IMG/VR virus record: IMGVR_UViG_2541047428_000018
DNA from: a virus
Lineage: Duplodnaviria > Heunggongvirae > Uroviricota > Caudoviricetes
Reading direction: 5' to 3' (one strand)
DNA length: 8,103 nt
Every line of letters starts with the position of its first letter. The first letter of the stretch is position 1. The translations under genes and the position numbers were made by a program. Of this stretch, positions 6,096-8,103 are shown one piece after another. The notes under the pieces are model-generated. The model ran no database searches, was not told the DNA's origin, and worked only from the letters and a program-made list of their open reading frames with translations.

Positions 6096-6230
6096 GCGAA
6101 AACGGTTTGCTGTAACGGCAGAGTTAAGTAGGATTGCTGCGGGTGCTTGAGGCTATCTGCCTCGGGCATGAACACCAACGGCAGATAGATAAAAGCCCCA
6201 CCCGACTATAAATCGAAGTGAGGCCCCTAT

Positions 6231-6443
6231 ATGCTCGTCACATATAGATTGCCTCTTACGGACCGAAAGGTCAAGGAGAAGCAGGCTATGAAGCAGCAAA
6301 AGGCGATGTTAATCGCCCTGATCGTCATCTGTTTAACCGTCATAGTGACGGCACTGGTAACGAGGAAAGACCTCTGCGAGGTGCGAATCCGAACCGGTCA
6401 GACGGAGGTCGCTGTCTTCGTAGACTACGAATCTGAGAAGTAA
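6231..6443 (+). CDS. mok: Mok-like (modulation of killing) reading frame, in-frame N-terminal extension of hok (70 aa)
   Basis: MLVTYRLPLTDRKVKEKQA followed by the Hok sequence; resembles MokC (MLNTCRVPLTDRKVKEKRAMKQHKAM...) as I recall it. Same frame and stop as hok. Confidence 0.55.
   Translation: MLVTYRLPLTDRKVKEKQAMKQQKAMLIALIVICLTVIVTALVTRKDLCEVRIRTGQTEVAVFVDYESEK
6288..6443 (+). CDS. hok: Hok/Gef family type I toxin (51 aa), HokD-like
   Basis: MKQQKAMLIALIVICLTVIVTALVTRKDLCEVRIRTGQTEVAVFVDYESEK: single transmembrane helix plus the conserved KDLCEV and TEVAVF motifs of Hok/Gef. Ribosome-binding site AGGAG (6274-6278) 9 nt upstream. Followed by a bulged GC-rich stem-loop (6451-6472) without a U-tract, consistent with the structured 3' end of hok mRNAs. 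Confidence 0.88.
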   Translation: MKQQKAMLIALIVICLTVIVTALVTRKDLCEVRIRTGQTEVAVFVDYESEK

Positions 6444-6562
6444 GAGACCAGGCGGGGGAGTAATCTCCCGCCACCTCTGATGTGTCAGGCATCCTCAACG
6501 CACCCGCGCTTTACCATACTGAAAATGCTGTTTGAATGTTCATCTCTGAAAGAGGACTATGA

Positions 6563-6907
6563 ATGAAAAAGGTATTGATTGCAGCACTTATTTCCGGTGT
6601 GTCTTTTGGCGCTTTTGCACAGCAGGGTGGTTTCCAGGGGCCAGAAGCAGAGCGTTCAACAGTAGCGCAGGCAAAAGAACTGAAGGATGATGCATGGGTT
6701 ATCCTTGAAGGGAGCATCGTTAAAAAAGTGGGTGATGAACGTTATGAGTTTCGTGACAATAGCGGGACAATTGTCACGGATATTGATGACAGCGTATGGG
6801 CCGGGCAGAATGTTTCTCCGAAAGACAAAGTAAGAATTGAGGGTGAAATTGATAAAGACCTGAGCAGTGTTGAAGTTGATGTAAAGGCACTGAAATTATT
6901 AAAGTAA
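6563..6907 (+). CDS. YgiW/YdeI (BOF, bacterial OB-fold, DUF388) family secreted protein, 114 aa
   Basis: Signal peptide MKKVLIAALISGVSFGAFA then QQGGFQGP. Family signature QGGFQGP...V(A)QAKELKDDAWV.LEG.IVKKVGDERYEFRDNSGTI.VDIDD..W.G..V.PKDKV.I.GE.DKD...VE.DVK matches YgiW as I recall it. Ribosome-binding site AGAGGA 6 nt upstream. Confidence 0.85.
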   Translation: MKKVLIAALISGVSFGAFAQQGGFQGPEAERSTVAQAKELKDDAWVILEGSIVKKVGDERYEFRDNSGTIVTDIDDSVWAGQNVSPKDKVRIEGEIDKDLSSVEVDVKALKLLK

Positions 6908-6923
6908 CCGCCCCTGCTTGTTA

Positions 6924-6954
6924 AGCCCGTCTTACTGACGGGTTTTCTGTTTGT
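6924..6954 (+). terminator. Rho-independent terminator after the BOF gene
   Basis: Stem CCCGTC (6926-6931) and GACGGG (6937-6942), loop TTACT, followed by TTTTCTGTTTGT (6943-6954), starting 17 nt after the stop. Confidence 0.65.
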
Positions 6955-6979
6955 ACATTCCGGCGTATTGCCTTACAAT
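6951..6979 (+). promoter_or_regulatory. Candidate sigma70 promoter for the downstream nin-region genes
   Basis: TTGTAC (6951-6956) as -35, 17-nt spacer, TACAAT (6974-6979) as -10; about 50 nt upstream of ATG 7029. Pattern match only. Confidence 0.4.
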
Positions 6980-7028
6980 TCGCGCAGTCAGCCTGAACAA
7001 CTGACACCTGCTGTCACCGGAGAATCCG

Positions 7029-7301
7029 ATGACACAACACATAAAATCCCACAATTCTGAAGCCGACCCGGAAATTAAGCAGGGGAGGCGTTTTCGTGCG
7101 CCTCAGTATGGCTGGTTTCACTATCTGTTCTGTACGATCGATGAGGCAGATATGCTTCAAGAGGCGTATCTGCGTCGCGGTGTCTGTGTGGAGCGGAGTC
7201 TGAACGCTGATCGTCTGACCTGGACCGTTTCTGTATATCTTCCTGTTCGTGCACATCTGCCACGGACACATGCCTGCTACCGTCAGCGCGTCTGGAGGTA
7301 A
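7029..7301 (+). CDS. Hypothetical nin-region protein (90 aa)
   Basis: ATG 7029 with ribosome-binding site GGAGA (7019-7023) 5 nt upstream. Stop TAA 7299-7301 lies 1 nt before the GTG of the next gene. The first ~70 residues look protein-like (RFRAPQYGWFHYLFCTIDEADMLQEAYLRRGVCVERSLNADRLTW); the last ~20 residues overlap another open frame. Product not recognised. Confidence 0.5.
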   Translation: MTQHIKSHNSEADPEIKQGRRFRAPQYGWFHYLFCTIDEADMLQEAYLRRGVCVERSLNADRLTWTVSVYLPVRAHLPRTHACYRQRVWR

Positions 7302-7302
7302 T

Positions 7303-8103
7303 GTGCGGGTATTACTTCGACCTGTTCTGGTTCCGGAACTCGGGCTGGTGGTCCTTAAGCCCGGTCGTGAATCATTGCCAGTTTTTCATCGCGGCAGGGT
7401 GCTGGTGGAGCCGGAACCGAAAAACATGCGGGCGCTGCCATCTGGAGCGGTTCCTGCTGTTCGCCAGCCGCTGGCGGAAGATAAATCACTGCTGCCATTT
7501 TTCAGCGATGAGCGGGTGATTCGTGCAGCTGGCGGCGCTGGTGCACTGTCTGACTGGTTATTACGTCACGTGAAATCCTGCCAGTGGCCACACGGCGATT
7601 ATCATCACAGCGAAACCGTTATTCACAGTTACGGTGCTGGCGCAATGGTGTTGTGCTGGCACTGCGACAACCAGCTGCGCGACCAGACCTCCGAATCACT
7701 TGAGCAACTTACTCAACAAAATCTGACAGCCTGGATGATTGACGTCATACGCCATGTAATGAATGGCACGCAGGAGCGGGAATTATCGCTGGCTGAATTA
7801 TCCTGGTGGGCAGTCTGCAATCAGGTGGTGGACGCATTACCTGAGGCAGTATCGCGTCGCTCTCTGGGATTACCGGCGGAAAAAATCCGCTCCGTATACC
7901 GTGAAAGCGACATCATACCGGGAGAACAGACCGCCACCAGCATACTGAAGCAGCGCACAAAAAATATTGCGCTACCGCCTCACACCCACCAGCAACAGAA
8001 CCCACCACAGGAAAAGACGGTGGTCAGCATTGCCGTTGATCCGGAGTCTCCGGAATCCTTCATGAAACGACCTAAACGTCGCCGCTGGGTAAATGAGAAA
8101 TAC
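7303..8103 (+). CDS. Nin-region protein with Cys/His putative metal-binding motif (possibly DUF968/YdfU-like), 3'-truncated by the window end
   Basis: Frame is open from 7219 to the window end and is not listed in the ORF track. GTG 7303 is preceded by GGAGG (7294-7298, 4-nt spacer); ATG 7270 is an alternative start. Contains HGDYHHSETVIHSYGAGAMVLCWHCDNQ (about 7590-7680), HNH or zinc-ribbon-like, and a basic region MKRPKRRRWVNEKY at the end of the window. Family assignment tentative. Confidence 0.6.
   Translation, partial: MRVLLRPVLVPELGLVVLKPGRESLPVFHRGRVLVEPEPKNMRALPSGAVPAVRQPLAEDKSLLPFFSDERVIRAAGGAGALSDWLLRHVKSCQWPHGDYHHSETVIHSYGAGAMVLCWHCDNQLRDQTSESLEQLTQQNLTAWMIDVIRHVMNGTQERELSLAELSWWAVCNQVVDALPEAVSRRSLGLPAEKIRSVYRESDIIPGEQTATSILKQRTKNIALPPHTHQQQNPPQEKTVVSIAVDPESPESFMKRPKRRRWVNEKY

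Noticed and set aside
5918-6178. Minus-strand 86-aa ORF spanning the spacer upstream of hok
   Set aside because: It runs through the terminator and palindromes, has no ribosome-binding site and no recognisable family; more likely chance open frame in a structured non-coding region.
6231-6290. Expectation that mok would be in a different frame from hok
   Set aside because: Searched other frames upstream of hok and found only very short ORFs; the in-frame extension matches the MokC-type N-terminus, so mok is taken as the in-frame 70-aa ORF.
7301-7948. Plus-strand ORFs 7301-7519 and 7763-7948
   Set aside because: These are alternate frames inside the longer open frame (7303 to window end) that carries the protein-like sequence and the Cys/His motif; their translations are Trp- and Cys-rich junk.
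1-8103. CRISPR arrays, tRNA or rRNA genes, transposases, integrase or att sites
   Set aside because: No regularly spaced direct repeats, no cloverleaf-like conserved tRNA motifs, and no transposase or integrase-like translations were seen in any frame.

Overview
This window reads as the immunity-to-nin early region of a lambdoid prophage (DicA/DicC-type immunity, Qin/Rac-like) from an Enterobacteriaceae genome, interrupted by a cargo island. No single clearly novel system stands out; the strongest leads are a replication-adjacent tandem winged-helix gene broken by one in-frame amber codon, and a three-part moron island. All family assignments are from recall of protein motifs, not from a database search, and no GC values were computed. 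Left to right: two small leftward early genes (1-219 and 291-590, minus strand), a DicA-like repressor (854-1261, minus), a 76-bp divergent control region with three evenly spaced CTTAG-N6-CTAAG-type inverted repeats, a DicC/Cro-like gene, a cII-position regulator, an O-like replication initiator and a lambda-P-like helicase loader whose ORFs overlap by 212 nt, then the amber-interrupted gene. Positions 4335-7028 look accessory: decayed ORFs (possible fimbrial-subunit remnant), a very AT-rich spacer, an orphan ModA-fold periplasmic binding protein, an intact mok/hok type I toxin locus behind a highly structured upstream region, and a secreted YgiW/YdeI (BOF) protein. From about 6951 a promoter-like element leads into nin-region genes that run off the window end. 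No rRNA, tRNA, CRISPR array, transposase or integrase was seen.
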